From contig OZ024742.1 of NCBI GenBank assembly GCA_964016885.1, positions 341,248,001-341,312,000 on the forward strand: a stretch of DNA of 64,000 nucleotides, given 5' to 3'. Shown here one piece after another: positions 1-13,949 of this stretch. The first letter of the stretch is position 1. Every line of letters starts with the position of its first letter. The notes under the pieces were generated by a model. It made no database searches, was not told where the DNA came from, and saw only the letters and a program-made list of their open reading frames with translations. The translations under genes and the position numbers were made by a program. The stretch comes from Eledone cirrhosa. Its lineage: Eukaryota.

Positions 1-229
1 GTTAATCCCTTCCTTACAATATTCGTAATAAAATATACTGCCTAATATATGAGAACTTGTAGAGATTTCGAAATATAACTAACTTTCTCTTTATTAAACT
101 GGTATTTGGAAAATAACTTAACAATAACTCTTATATAAAATATGACGGAACGATTTTAGAGAATTAACCCTTTTCCTGTCACATTTCTCATAGCATACTG
201 CATTTATATTTCAAATATAAAGACTGTGA

Positions 230-370
230 ATTAGCAGAGTCGTTAGAAGGTCGGATAAAATACTTCGGTAGTCATCTCCTCTTTCTGTTCTTTGAGTTCA
301 AATCTCGCCGAAGTCAACGTTGCCTTTCATCCTTTTGAGGTCGTTAAAAAACGTATCCGTCAAGTATTGA
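230..370 (+). mobile_element. tRNA-derived SINE, family A (Meta-domain-like), degenerate
   Basis: B-box-like GAGTTCAAATC followed by the family core GCCTTTCATCCTT..GGTCG, shared with about 15 other copies in the window. Confidence 0.6.
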
Positions 371-889
371 CGTCCGTTCTTCCTCTATATTTATTCCTCA
401 CTTCCATTTTCTCACTTTCTCTATCCTTCTCTGAGAGAAATCTTCTGGAGAGGGAAGGGATCCGCCAGGTTTAGAAATTGCCCTAGAAACGCCGTATGTC
501 AATGCATTGCCCTTACGACTCCCTCAGGACTTACGGGACCATGCATGCATATTTCAAATAATTTTGAAAATAATCAAGTATTTTCAGGGATCTAGTAACT
601 TTTCGCTTATTAATTGTCATTTCTAACATAACGTAACGATTCTTGCATTAAATTATGATGGCAGATTTTTAGATAAATATAAACATTTGAATACAAATAA
701 CTTTGTATTGTAGAAAAGGAGAGGGTGCTAGACAGGTTGGCATCAGAGAGGTTAATATAGCGTTAATAAAGCTAACTTGAAATAATTGCATTCTGAGGTA
801 AAACCTATGTTATTTTATGGATTACGACATAAAACCGTTGATATTTTACACTCTATTGACCTACAAAGTAGAGTATAGACTTCAGTATG

Positions 890-1264
890 ATTGAAATGTC
901 ATGCTGTAGGCATGCACTCAGAATTAGCTTGACAACTCACAGAACATAAGAAGTTGTCCTGGGAGAGATTGGTGTCAATCAACAGTTGGTTGAAACAGCA
1001 AAGAAGAAGAATGCTTAGTATTTTGGTCAGATCATCAGGACCCCAAATTTGACTGCCCACTTCCTTGAAGAACGAAGAGAAGGGAAAAGGGCCAGGGAAT
1101 AACAGAAAAGGGGATGAGCATATAATATTAAGGAGTGGACGGGAAGGAGTTTGGGCAGAATGTATTGCAATGGCAAGAGACAGGAAAAGATGGAAAGTGT
1201 TGGTCCATAAGTCCATGACCCCAACCCTCAAATATGAGGATGGGATGAAGTAGTAGTAGTAGTA
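890..1264 (+). mobile_element. 3' end of an RTE-clade LINE, degenerate
   Basis: Translation AMARDRKRWKVLV resembles the RTE C-terminus; it is followed by a (TAG)n tail at ~1250-1264. Confidence 0.6.
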
Positions 1265-3028
1265 TTTGCTGAAGAAGTGATAGAAAAATAACTAATTACC
1301 TATACACGTTAGTATAAAGCTTCATTTAGGAATATATACGTCTGAGACACCATCTACAAGATAAGATAAGATGAAATGAGATGGTGTTAGTGTTAACACA
1401 TTTAACGGTGTGCACTTTTGTAGGTCATCATTTAATTTGCACTCTCACTTGATATTTCACAATCTAAACTATAATAAAGTAAGGAGTGCTGGACTGCCTC
1501 CAGAATATATTTTTTTTATCCCGTTTGTAAAATAAGTTGGATTACTTTGAATAAATAATGAATGAATATTACATAATTTATCTACTAAATTTCGTTATTC
1601 TTGATTAAATATAACTAATTGTGTTGCTTATTTTAAAATTCACTTCTTTAAAATTTTCAAATGTCAACACTTCCGGTTAGCGATCGCTTAAATAAACATT
1701 CATATATTTCCGTCACTAATTTTCTCCTAATGCACTTTATATATAATATCGTCTTTTTTTAATATATCATGGATTATTTTACTGATTACATAAGACTGTG
1801 TAACGCAGTCTTCGTTCAATTTCTGTGTATATTGTCAATTACGATTTTATTTGATGTATCATATCTACATGCATATATACTTGCGTATAATATCAAGTTA
1901 CACACTACACATGCTAGTACTCATAACGATGGAAATATTAGCGTCCAGGGTCCCCGAACAACCGCTCTATTTGCGATAGATATGGTTATCAATAAGAACG
2001 AGCCTTGTAAGATACACTAGCGCTTTCAATACATCATTATTCGTGATAACACATTCACAATTCTATCCACTGGAACCATGAAGGAACATCTATCTTATGT
2101 TTTACAAAGGAAATAAAAGATAAAATATAGCATTATTGTCACAGTAACACATCATATTGTTTATTTTTCAAATATCTTAAAAGTTCTAATGTTAATGCAT
2201 TTTTACTGAACGCTCTTTTCACTCCATCTTTTATTACATTATATATCACGTACCTCTCCATTACTTCACACAATAAACGAAAGTTTCTATTTGCATGGAA
2301 TATATTCATCTATTCATTGTATTTTATAACTAGTATTTTCAAGTAGATTTCATATGTATTTTAATATATGATACGCTCTATACAAGAAACATTGGTTCTG
2401 AAATCTCACGTTTTTTTTTTTGGTCCTCTTAGATTTCACGAGTATTCTGGCTGTTATATTTTGTCAAGTTAAGAAGACAAAGAACTCAAAATCATGGATA
2501 GATGTTTGTAATGTAATAAGCACCGACGTTTATGAATATGGATTTCCAGGAATTGAAGGAAATAACGATTCTTTTTTCAAGACTGTTACTAAATTGGTTG
2601 CTCGGATTTCAAGTAAAATTATCTTCGGAAGAACCTTGATTTTTTTACTTTTTTTTTACTTTTAAGGGAGGATCAGAATTTGTGGTAGATTACTAAATAT
2701 GAAGGCAAATTTGTATAAAATTTAGAGAAAGTTAAATGCATGAAGCAAAGTGTGTGGATTCATAACTGAGATTCGGTGGGCAAACATTTATATTCGCTTC
2801 ACAATATCTTATATCTAATAGATTCGATATCACGTGCAATATTGGATTCAACAAAAAGACAAAAATTTTCTGCAATTTTCTGTTCTTTCTACATTAAGAA
2901 AAGAAAATATTGAAACTTTATATACACTTTCCTGGTAAAAAGAAGATATTTTAGTAAAAACGATGAAGCGAAATATTTACTTAAAATATCAATTAATGGA
3001 TTCTATTAACCTCAATTCAATGAAATGT

Positions 3029-6000
3029 ATAGCTTCTACTGATTGCTACTTTCTCAATCAAGTGTATCCATTAATGGGTGATAGCTTCTACTGATTGCTA
3101 CTTTCTCAATCAAGTGTATCCTTTAATGAGTGATAGCTTCTACTGATTGCTACTTTCTCAATCAAGTGTATCCTTTAATGGGTGATAGCTTCTACTGATT
3201 GCTACTTTCTCAATCAAGTGTATCCATTAATGGGTGATAGCTTCTACTGATTGCTACTTTCTCAATCAAGTGTATCCATTAATGGGTGATAGCTTCTACT
3301 GATTGCTACTTTCTCAATCAAGTGTATCCATTAATGGGTGATAGCTTCTACTGATTGCTACTTTCTCAATCAAGTGTATCCTTTAATGAGTGATAGCTTC
3401 TACTGATTGCTACTTTCTCAATCAAGTGTATCCATTAATGGGTGATAGCTTCTACTGATTGCTACTTTCTCAATCAAGTGTATCCATTAATGGGTGATAG
3501 CTTCTACTGATTGCTACTTTCTCAGTCAAGTGTATCCATTAATGGGTGATAGCTTCTACTGATTGCTACTTTCTCAATCAAGTGTATCCTTTAATGAGTG
3601 ATAGCTTCTACTGATTGCTACTTTCTCAATCAAGTGTATCCTTTAATGGGTGATAGCTTCTACTGATTGCTACTTTCTCAATCAAGTGTATCCATTAATG
3701 GGTGATAGCTTCTACTGATTGCTACTTTCTCAATCAAGTGTATCCATTAATGGGTGATAGCTTCTACTGATTGCTACTTTCTCAATCAAGTGTATCCATT
3801 AATGGGTGATAGCTTCTACTGATTGCTACTTTCTCAATCAAGTGTATCCATTAATGGGTGATAGCTTCTACTGATTGCTACTTTCTCAATCAAGTGTATC
3901 CATTAATGGGTGATAGCTTCTACTGATTGCTACTTTCTCAATCAAGTGTATCCTTTAATGAGTGATAGCTTCTACTGATTGCTACTTTCTCAATCAAGTG
4001 TATCCATTAATGGGTGATAGCTTCTACTGATTGCTACTTTCTCAATCAAGTGTATCCATTAATGGGTGATAGCTTCTACTGATTGCTACTTTCTCAATCA
4101 AGTGTATCCTTTAATGAGTGATAGCTTCTACTGATTGCTACTTTCTCAATCAAGTGTATCCTTTAATGAGTGATAGCTTCTACTGATTGCTACTTTCTCA
4201 ATCAAGTGTGTCCTTTAATGAGTGATAGCTTCTACTGATTGCTACTTTCTCAATCAAGTGTATCCATTAATGGGTGATAGCTTCTACTGATTGCTACTTT
4301 CTCAATCAAGTGTATCCATTAATGGGTGATAGCTTCTACTGATTGCTACTTTCTCAATCAAGTGTATCCTTTAATGAGTGATAGCTTCTACTGATTGCTA
4401 CTTTCTCAATCAAGTGTATCCTTTAATGGGTGATAGCTTCTACTGATTGCTACTTTCTCAATCAAGTGTATCCATTAATGGGTGATAGCTTCTACTGATT
4501 GCTACTTTCTCAATCAAGTGTATCCATTAATGGGTGATAGCTTCTACTGATTGCTACTTTCTCAATCAAGTGTATCCATTAATGGGTGATAGCTTCTACT
4601 GATTGCTACTTTCTCAATCAAGTGTATCAATTAATGGGTGATAGCTTCTACTGATTGCTACTTTCTCAATCAAGTGTATCCATTAATGGGTGATAGCTTC
4701 TACTGATTGCTACTTTCTCAATCAAGTGTATCCATTAATGGGTGATAGCTTCTACTGATTGCTACTTTCTCAATCAAGTGTATCCATTAATGGGTGATAG
4801 CTTCTACTGATTGCTACTTTCTCAATCAAGTGTATCCTTTAATGAGTGATAGCTTCTACTGATTGCTACTTTCTCAATCAAGTGTATCCTTTAATGAGTG
4901 ATAGCTTCTACTGATTGCTACTTTCTCAATCAAGTGTATCCTTTAATGAGTGATAGCTTCTACTGATTGCTACTTTCTCAATCAAGTGTATCCATTAATG
5001 GGTGATAGCTTCTACTGATTGCTACTTTCTCAATCAAGTGTATCCTTTAATGAGTGATAGCTTCTACTGATTGCTACTTTCTCAATCAAGTGTATCCTTT
5101 AATGAGTGATAGCTTCTACTGATTGCTACTTTCTCAATCAAGTGTATCCATTAATGGGTGATAGCTTCTACTGATTGCTACTTTCTCAATCAAGTGTATC
5201 CATTAATGGGTGATAGCTTCTACTGATTGCTACTTTCTCAATCAAGTGTATCCATTAATGGGTGATAGCTTCTACTGATTGCTACTTTCTCAATCAAGTG
5301 TATCCTTTAATGAGTGATAGCTTCTACTGATTGCTACTTTCTCAATCAAGTGTATCCATTAATGGGTGATAGCTTCTACTGATTGCTACTTTCTCAATCA
5401 AGTGTATCCATTAATGGGTGATAGCTTCTACTGATTGCTACTTTCTCAATCAAGTGTATCCTTTAATGAGTGATAGCTTCTACTGATTGCTACTTTCTCA
5501 ATCAAGTGTATCCTTTAATGAGTGATAGCTTCTACTGATTGCTACTTTCTCAATCAAGTGTGTCCTTTAATGAGTGATAGCTTCTACTGATTGCTACTTT
5601 CTCAATCAAGTGTATCCATTAATGGGTGATAGCTTCTACTGATTGCTACTTTCTCAATCAAGTGTATCCATTAATGGGTGATAGCTTCTACTGATTGCTA
5701 CTTTCTCAATCAAGTGTATCCTTTAATGGGTGATAGCTTCTACTGATTGCTACTTTCTCAATCAAGTGTATCCATTAATGGGTGATAGCTTCTACTGATT
5801 GCTACTTTCTCAATCAAGTGTATCCATTAATGGGTGATAGCTTCTACTGATTGCTACTTTCTCAATCAAGTGTATCCATTAATGGGTGATAGCTTCTACT
5901 GATTGCTACTTTCTCAATCAAGTGTATCAATTAATGGGTGATAGCTTCTACTGATTGCTACTTTCTCAATCAAGTGTATCCATTAATGGGTGATAGCTTC

Positions 6001-6827
6001 TACTGATTGCTACTTTCTCAATCAAGTGTATCCATTAATGGGTGATAGCTTCTACTGATTGCTACTTTCTCAATCAAGTGTATCCATTAATGGGTGATAG
6101 CTTCTACTGATTGCTACTTTCTCAATCAAGTGTATCCTTTAATGAGTGATAGCTTCTACTGATTGCTACTTTCTCAATCAAGTGTATCCTTTAATGAGTG
6201 ATAGCTTCTACTGATTGCTACTTTCTCAATCAAGTGTATCCTTTAATGAGTGATAGCTTCTACTGATTGCTACTTTCTCAATCAAGTGTATCCATTAATG
6301 GGTGATAGCTTCTACTGATTGCTACTTTCTCAATCAAGTGTATCCTTTAATGAGTGATAGCTTCTACTGATTGCTACTTTCTCAATCAAGTGTATCCTTT
6401 AATGAGTGATAGCTTCTACTGATTGCTACTTTCTCAATCAAGTGTATCCATTAATGGGTGATAGCTTCTACTGATTGCTACTTTCTCAATCAAGTGTATC
6501 CATTAATGGGTGATAGCTTCTACTGATTGCTACTTTCTCAATCAAGTGTATCCATTAATGGGTGATAGCTTCTACTGATTGCTACTTTCTCAATCAAGTG
6601 TATCCATTAATGGGTGATAGCTTCTACTGATTGCTACTTTCTCAATCAAGTGTATCCATTAATGGGTGATAGCTTCTACTGATTGCTACTTTCTCAATCA
6701 AGTGTATCCTTTAATGAGTGATAGCTTCTACTGATTGCTACTTTCTCAATCAAGTGTATCCATTAATGGGTGATAGCTTCTACTGATTGCTACCTTCTCA
6801 ATCAAGTGTATCCATTAATGGGTGATA
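3029..6827. repeat. 52-bp minisatellite, ~73 units (ATAGCTTCTACTGATTGCTACTTTCTCAATCAAGTGTATCC[A/T]TTAATG[G/A]GTG)
   Basis: Units start at 3029, 3081, ... with a 52-bp period; no unique spacers. Confidence 0.97.
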
Positions 6828-7194
6828 ATCCTTTATTCATATCAATTGGGATGGAATGCTCTCCTAGTATATTTATAGTAGGGTTACATTTCAGCAGCAT
6901 TAATGAACGAAGTATTTATAAATGATATACTTTAAAGTGGCAACTATTACTTCTATAATTGTAGAAGTCTAATTAATGGCCAGAGGATCATCAGACCGGA
7001 GCTTCTCTCAGTTTCCTTAATGTTGAGTGACTGTAACTACATGGATACCCTCTCAGCGGGATGCCAGTCCGTCGCAGGTTTAAACTCTATCTGCTGCCGC
7101 AGTTGCTGTGACTGCTGTTATTTTCTCTGGAGTTGATGCTGCTGCTGTTGCTGATACTGCTGCTAATGCTCTTGCTCTTGTTGCTGCTCTCGGC

Positions 7195-7345
7195 ACTTAT
7201 TTCATTTCCGTTAAGTAAACTGAGGCAATGTGAAACGAAGTGTCTTGCTCAAGGACACAATACACTTTCAGGTTCGACAGTTGAATGCACGAATTCACGA
7301 TCGTGAGGCCAACACCACTAACCATTAGGCCGCGTGTCTTTACTT
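7195..7345 (-). mobile_element. CORE-type tRNA SINE (family B), degenerate
   Basis: GTGTCTTGCTCAAGGACAC is the reverse complement of the CORE-like GTGTCCTTGAGCAAGACAC; also at ~9120, ~45740 and ~54570. Confidence 0.55.
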
Positions 7346-7549
7346 CTACATGATATGTACTGAATAAACAGGAGGACTATAACGGAAAGAGTGAAGTAAC
7401 TTGACCAAGGATACAACACAACCAATGATGACTAAGAAACTACAACTATATTGTGGAGTAATCCATGACTTTGTCATTAAGATAATCATTTTTGAAAATA
7501 TATCTATATTATGATGTTGGGTTCTCCGTCGATTTCGACGATGAGTATT

Positions 7550-7850
7550 TAGCTGGTTCACCAACTGAACGTCCAACTTGTACATTAACGTATAAATGCT
7601 TGTGTATTCCACAGTCACCAGTACTCTTCATGTAATTCTCAAGCCAAATCAATGTGACAATAAATGTGACAAGGCTGAACCTTTGAGTTACTGGTACAAT
7701 CCCTCCAACAGACTTCTGCACAGTTTCCGTCTACTCAATTTCATTCTAAAAGCTTGGCTCAGTGCGAATCTATGGCAATGACTACTGCCCAAGATGCCAC
7801 GCAGTGAGATCGAACACGGAACCTCGTGGTTGTGAAGGGAACTTCTTTCA
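7550..7850 (-). mobile_element. tRNA-derived SINE (family C), degenerate
   Basis: GATCGAAC (B-box reverse complement) plus a body 'CAGTTTCYGTCTAC' shared with ~9310-9430. Confidence 0.45.
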
Positions 7851-8242
7851 CTCTACATCTCTAATATAAATAGAAGATTGATAGCAAAGCATAAAAAAGA
7901 AAGTTCAAATATTTCAGAACAGAATCCATTTTGGAAGCTGTACAATATTGTATGACCATCAATATTCACAAGAGGCAGAAAAGTATTAATCGGAGGAAAT
8001 ATTTAAAAAAACATCAAATTATACCGTTTCCGTCTATTGTGATTTTATTGAAATTAACATTTTGAAATATTCTTCATTTTTTCTTTTTTCTTTTATTGTC
8101 GGAATTACAAAGAAGATTCTTTTCACAAATATTCTATTACATTTATGTAAGGACACGTTAAGACATGAGCTGTGGAAGATGGCAGATTTAATAAGTGCAA
8201 GCGATAAAATATGTATATTTTGTTTAATTCTCGCTCTCTCTA

Positions 8243-8290
<48 letters not shown>

Positions 8291-8291
<1 letters not shown>

Positions 8292-8915
8292 TAGCCGAAT
8301 TACTCGCGCCTTGCTGCGTTTCACACATTTTCTTTTTTTGTAAAAACATGCCATGACTTAAACATGGGTTTGTCAGATCTATACCAATAGTTTTGAAAGT
8401 TTGACCATGACTCTTATTGATGCTCATGGCAAAGCATGGCCTCACTGGGAACTGCAGCCTCTTTAATATAAAAGGCAACTCTCTATCACTTGGTATAAGT
8501 GTAATCCTCGGAATGAGAAGAGCTTGACCTTTGTAAGCCCCGAATATAATAGTTTTTTCAATTAAGTTCTCATGCAATCTTGTTACAACACATCTTGTTC
8601 CATTCATTGGTCAACATTTTCACTATAAAGGGTTTAATCCCCATTAGGGTGTCTTAATATTATAGAAATTTGCTGAAATGTTGTGAATAGGCATCATAAC
8701 TTGTCATTTACCTATGGTTTAAATTTCATATAAATCGAGGGGAAAAGGTTTTCAGCGGGGGTTCGTGCCCCCGAGGAACCCTTTGATTAAAATTGAATAT
8801 ACTTATCCAAGTACCCTGGGCAATATAGTTTCAGAATATATATAGTTATGGGGTCTATCTCCAAAACCATAGGAGGAGTTCGTGAACAAACAAACACAAA
8901 AAAACAAACAGACAG
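8291..8915 (-). mobile_element. Helitron remnant with a Pif1-type helicase C-terminal fragment
   Basis: ORF 8260-8607(-) has NGTR, IPRI, RLQFPVRPCFAMSINKSHGQT motifs; minus-strand 3' end has a GC hairpin then CTAG (8291-8294) abutting (TA)n; 8640-8810 is shared with 12094-12270. Confidence 0.8.
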
Positions 8916-9011
8916 GAACTAGAACTTTCATTCGTATGAAATCATCAGAAATGCCTTGATTTCATAGGAATGAAACGATTCTAGTCATGTAGAAGCTATT
9001 ACTATATCAAA

Positions 9012-9069
<58 letters not shown>

Positions 9070-9072
<3 letters not shown>

Positions 9073-9250
9073 GCAATCGTAAGGTTGTGAGTTCGATTCC
9101 TGGACAGGGCGATGCGTTATGTCCTTGAGCAAGACACTTTATTTCACGTTGCTCCTTCTACCTGGAGTTGCGACCGCTAGATAGTATTAGCAATTGGAAA
9201 GACCAACGGAAACACTGTTTCGTCGGTCCGATTTGACGAAAGTCGATCGT
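9070..9250 (+). mobile_element. CORE-type SINE (family B)
   Basis: GAGTTCGATTCC B-box and TGTCCTTGAGCAAGACACTT; an inverted near-copy lies at 45625-45845. Confidence 0.7.
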
Positions 9251-9252
9251 TC

Positions 9253-9307
<55 letters not shown>

Positions 9308-9681
9308 GACAGCTTCTGCAGTTTCTGTCTACCAAAATCCTCTCCGAAGTGATTGATCAATCCGAAACTATAGTAGGGGACGCACAATACTTCATTTCGG
9401 CGGGATTTCAACTCAGATGTATTGAAATCGTAGGCAAGATGAAGTCCTTGTATGATAAGTGTAGAACCCTGCACTCTTCGTACATTATTTCTGCTCTACA
9501 ACATTCCTCCACCACTAAATACGATGAGCAAAATAGTTTATTGAATGAACATGTCGATTTCGGTAAAATGTGTTACAGCTTTTCATTAAATAGAACGACG
9601 TATAACACAGTATAAGTCTTTGGTAAAGTTACCTCTTTAAATTACAGGTAGAGTCCATCTAATACTATACTGTAAATAGCT

Positions 9682-9900
9682 AAGGGCGGTGGATTGGCAG
9701 TAATCGGTAGAGCGTCGGGCAACATATTTTCCGGCATATAGCTACGGCCCTACACAGTGTGAGTTCAAATCCCACTGAGGTTAACATTGCCTTTAATCCT
9801 TACGAGTCCGATACAATATAATACCAGTAATGCACTAGGGCCGATTTAATCGACTTTCCCTTCCCCGAAATTGTTGGCCTTGTGCCTAATTTAGAAATCC
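9682..9900 (+). mobile_element. SINE family A
   Basis: GGCGGTGGATTGGCAG head, GAGTTCAAATCC, core, and GGCCTTGTGCC tail. Confidence 0.7.
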
Positions 9901-11089
9901 TTATAGCGTGAGTTTTCAGCTAAAGACTGTGTAACAATACTTTCAATTTCACAAACAAAACTTGGGTTGACCCGAGACTACAGTATAAGACACTTATCTA
10001 TGACGCTACACATTGGGATCGAACCTGGAACCTCATGGTTATGATGCTAACTCCTTCACTATTCAGCTATAGCAAATATCAAAAATTCCATGTCTGGTTA
10101 TACGATGTAAGAATGGCCGTTTCAATGCGAGGATCAGCACATTTAATCTTCTCGATAATATATTTAAATGAGCTGGAGATTTGACAGACTCGTGGCGTTT
10201 GTTTCAACTCTGTGCTCTGAGTTCAAATCCCACCAAGGCCAATTTTGCCTTTCGTCCTTTCGACGTTGATAAATAAAGTACCAGTACATTACTAAAATCG
10301 AATCTATTACTACTCTCTCTCTCCCTCTATCTCTCTATCCCTCTGTCTCTCTATCTCTCTTTCTTTGGAAGTAATCGGTTCTGCTCAGATGTGGAGAGGG
10401 TTGTGCCTTGTCAGGTTTAAAAAGCTCAGGATGCGCCGCATCTCTCAACGACGTCCCTACGTGTCCATCGGTAGTTCAGGGCCGAAATTTGTGAATGAGT
10501 AACGCAGAGGATCGAACCTGGGATTTTATGGTAACAAAGCAAACTTCTTAACCATCCGGCTATGCTACCTCCTTGAGCTATTAAAGGCCACAAAAGCAAG
10601 TAAATATCAAAAATATAATTTAATAACAGCTGAGCAAAATGGCCGCTTCAATGCAAAGTTTTACAGATTCACAGATTTAACGCTCGAAAGGCTTTTGATT
10701 AATTTTCTCGATTCAATAACTTTCCAACGAGTATGCCGTAACTTTGTGATGTTTAGATAACTCTAAGAAGAGAACTGGGAGAATTAACTACAAATCTTGT
10801 TTTCAGTGCCGAGAGTTAGGTCTTTAATGGTGCGTTGCTAGTGATGATAACTATCTAGACGATTTATGTACGGCTTTGTTTAACTGTTGTTGATGACGAT
10901 GATAATGATGATGGTGGAGATGATGATTTTAAGGGTATGGTAGTTAGTTCCTTTAATTAAAATGTTTCTTTTAGTTATAATTTTCTATTTTAAGTTATTG
11001 GAAATGTGTTGGTAAGGACCAGGAGACTGTATAAAATGCAAAGCCAGACAGAATAGTTTCACCATATATTTATTATTATAGTTGTTGAT

Positions 11090-11272
11090 TGGCGGTATCG
11101 GTAGAGGGTCGGACACCATGCATTGTAATATAGAGTTGCGGCCCTTGCCATTCTGAGTTCAAATCCCGCCTATTTTAACTTTGCCTTTCACCCTTACGGG
11201 GTCGATAAAATAAAGTACCAGTAATGCACTGGGTAATTGCTGGCCTTGTGCCAAAAGTAGAAACAATTATTA
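11090..11272 (+). mobile_element. SINE family A
   Basis: Near-complete copy ending GGCCTTGTGCCAAAAGTAGAAACAATTATTAT. Confidence 0.75.
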
Positions 11273-11862
11273 TAGCTATTGATGCTATTATTATTATTAC
11301 ACTGGTCAACAAAATTTCGCTTTTTATTTTCTGCTGACCAAAGTTTGAGAACTGTTCTTGGGTAATATATCGAGGATAACTTGAGTAATATATCTAGCAC
11401 TACATTACTTAAGATATGCTTCCTTTTTAGGGCTCTATGGTATAGAGATTTAGCTGTTATTTCAGTCAATTCATGTGACCACGTAGAATCTCTTTTTCCC
11501 GTTATGCTTTGGTGTTTCATCTCCAAATGGTTCTGTTTTTTTTATGATAAATAGTGAAGTATCATTGAAAACGTTGGCGTATTTGATATCGTAAATGTGT
11601 TGTTATAACATTCCATATCATATTAAAGCAACAGAAACCGCTCCTGATTCTCCTCAGATACAATAATGTTGGTTTTAAAGCGTTTATGCTTCTAAAAACC
11701 TTCTATGATAATCTTTCTTAAGAACTATAAAGTTCTTCTTCTTCTTCTTCATGTTCTCCAACCATCTTGCTCGGGGTCTATTGGTAATTTTAATAAATGT
11801 CTCCAATTATTTCTATTATTTTCCAACCTATTTGCAAATCAAAGGCCATGTTTCAGTAGAGA

Positions 11863-12398
11863 CTAGCTGAGGTACCCGGTAATACCCGGGAGCGGGGATA
11901 TTCCCAATTCCCATTAAAATACCCAATGCCTCTCAGACCAAAATTGAAATCAAAATATACGACAGATAATCAAAAGAGAAGACAAATTCATTTACGAAAC
12001 AATAATACAAACAAATATTGTTGATCGCATTGGTCAGGTGATAAAATGTTTGTCAGAGAAGTTGAGTGTTGCTATAAGGAAAAAAATAAAACCCCCATTA
12101 GGGTGTCTTAATATCATTGAGAGTTGCTGAAATTCTGTGAATAGGCATCATATCTTGTCATTTACCTATGGTTTAAATGTCATATGAATCGAAGGGAAAT
12201 AATTAAGCGGGGGTTTTCAGCGGTGGTTTGAGCACCCAGGGAACCCTTTGATTAAAATGAAATATACGTAAGAAATCAAATGGGGATGAGCCCCACACAC
12301 GTGTCAAGTTTCATCAAGATCGGTTTGGTATTTTTTTTTAGATTTAGGTTCACAAAGAAACAAACAGACAGTAGTTGCCATTTATCTATATAAATATA
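11863..12398 (-). mobile_element. Non-autonomous Helitron-like element
   Basis: Minus strand ends CCCGG-GTATTA-CCGGG hairpin ... CTAG (11863-11866); internal homology to the 8.3-8.9 kb Helitron remnant. Confidence 0.6.
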
Positions 12399-12599
12399 GT
12401 ATTACCAGATTTAAACCTTGCGTATAAACATGCCCCAGCATGGCCGCTGTCTGGAACCAGTATAATAATAAAAGAATTTAAAAGAAAAATGGATGCCACA
12501 AGAAATTATATATCGTTTGAAAATTAGGGGATTATAATGGACTTAGGGAAAGAAAACAAGTAAAATAAACTCATTGGTGAATGAAAATAACTAAGGTAA

Positions 12600-13330
12600 A
12601 GCTATATAAATGTAGAGGGTGGGGAGGAAGTGGGGAGGGGGGCTGAGCAAGGAGCGGGAGGTGGAGGATGGCAGTGAGAGGGTGAAAGGGAGGTGGAGGG
12701 TGATGATGAAGAGATATGAAGGAGTAGGGTGAGGGGTGAGGGGGAGAAGGGGGAGGAAGAGGGAGGGGGGATGGCGGAGGAGGATGGAAGTGGAGGCGGA
12801 GTGGGAGGAGAAGGAGATGGAGGAGGATGGAGGAGGAGATGGAGGAGGATGGAGGATGATGGGATGGAGGAGGAGGAGAAAGAGGGTAGGTGGAGGGAAG
12901 AGGATGGCGGAGGAGGAGCACTGATGAGAGGGGGGCTTATATGTAGTTTGGAGGTAAAATAGGGAGGAAACCAAAAGAAAAGAATATGTGAATCGAGTGG
13001 AGGAGAGGAGGGGAAAGTAAAGAGAAAAAAAGTGAGGAGGATATAGAAAAAAGGATAAATCAAGTGAGGTGAGGAAAAGATGATAAAAGAAAATATAGAA
13101 TAAGAGAGAAATATTAGTGTATTCAAAGAGAGAGAAAGAGGGGGTGAAAGAGATAGAGGTGAGAGAGAGAGAGAGAGGGGTGAGAGAGGGAGGGGTGAGA
13201 GAGAGCTGAGGGTGAGAGGAGACATTAGATACGATAAGGACAATATGGATATAACAGAGAAGATAAATGCCGAGAGGAGGAAGATAGAATGAGAAAGGAA
13301 GAAAGAAAGAAAAATCAATGGAAATGGCAA
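12600..13330. repeat. Purine-rich (GGA/GA) low-complexity tract
   Basis: Composition; the overlapping Pro/Ser-rich ORFs are low-complexity artefacts. Confidence 0.8.
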
Positions 13331-13699
13331 AGAAGTACCATACAAAAACTATATATGTAAATGTGCATATATGTATATATAATAATTAACTCCGTATTAG
13401 CACCACCAACTACACAAACGAAGACGGGTGAACTGCACTAGGTTGAGTACTCTCCATAATATTACAGCAAGATTGACCATACGGAATGACCAATTCTATC
13501 CAGTGGTGAACCAACAAACCTAAATATATATATAATAATATATGTAGAAATAAACACAGTAAATTGTGTCTAAAATTACGAGGGCTGAAATACCACATTG
13601 ATTTGATAAATTAAATATGAAGCAAACGTAAGATATAGAATATATATACAGACCGTCTCAATAACAATTTACTGTGTTTATTTCTACATATATTATTAT

Positions 13700-13907
13700 A
13701 TAATTGTTTCTACTTTTTGGCACAAGGCCAGCAATTATTCCAGTGTATTACTGGTACTTTATTTTATCGACCCCGTAAGGATGAAAGGCAAAGTTAACCT
13801 CGGCGGGATTTGAACTCAGTCCGTAAAGGGACATATATTATTATATAATGCTCAGTATTTATACTTTGAGCTTGTTAATTGCAGGGTTAGTAACTCTGTA
13901 TTTTATT

Positions 13908-13949
<42 letters not shown>

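Noticed and set aside
3029-6827. CRISPR-like appearance of the 52-bp and 41-bp arrays
   Set aside because: Units are contiguous with no unique spacers, there are no cas genes, and the context is eukaryotic.
12571-13345. Pro/Ser-rich extensin-like ORFs
   Set aside because: Low-complexity purine tract open in several frames with no domain motif.
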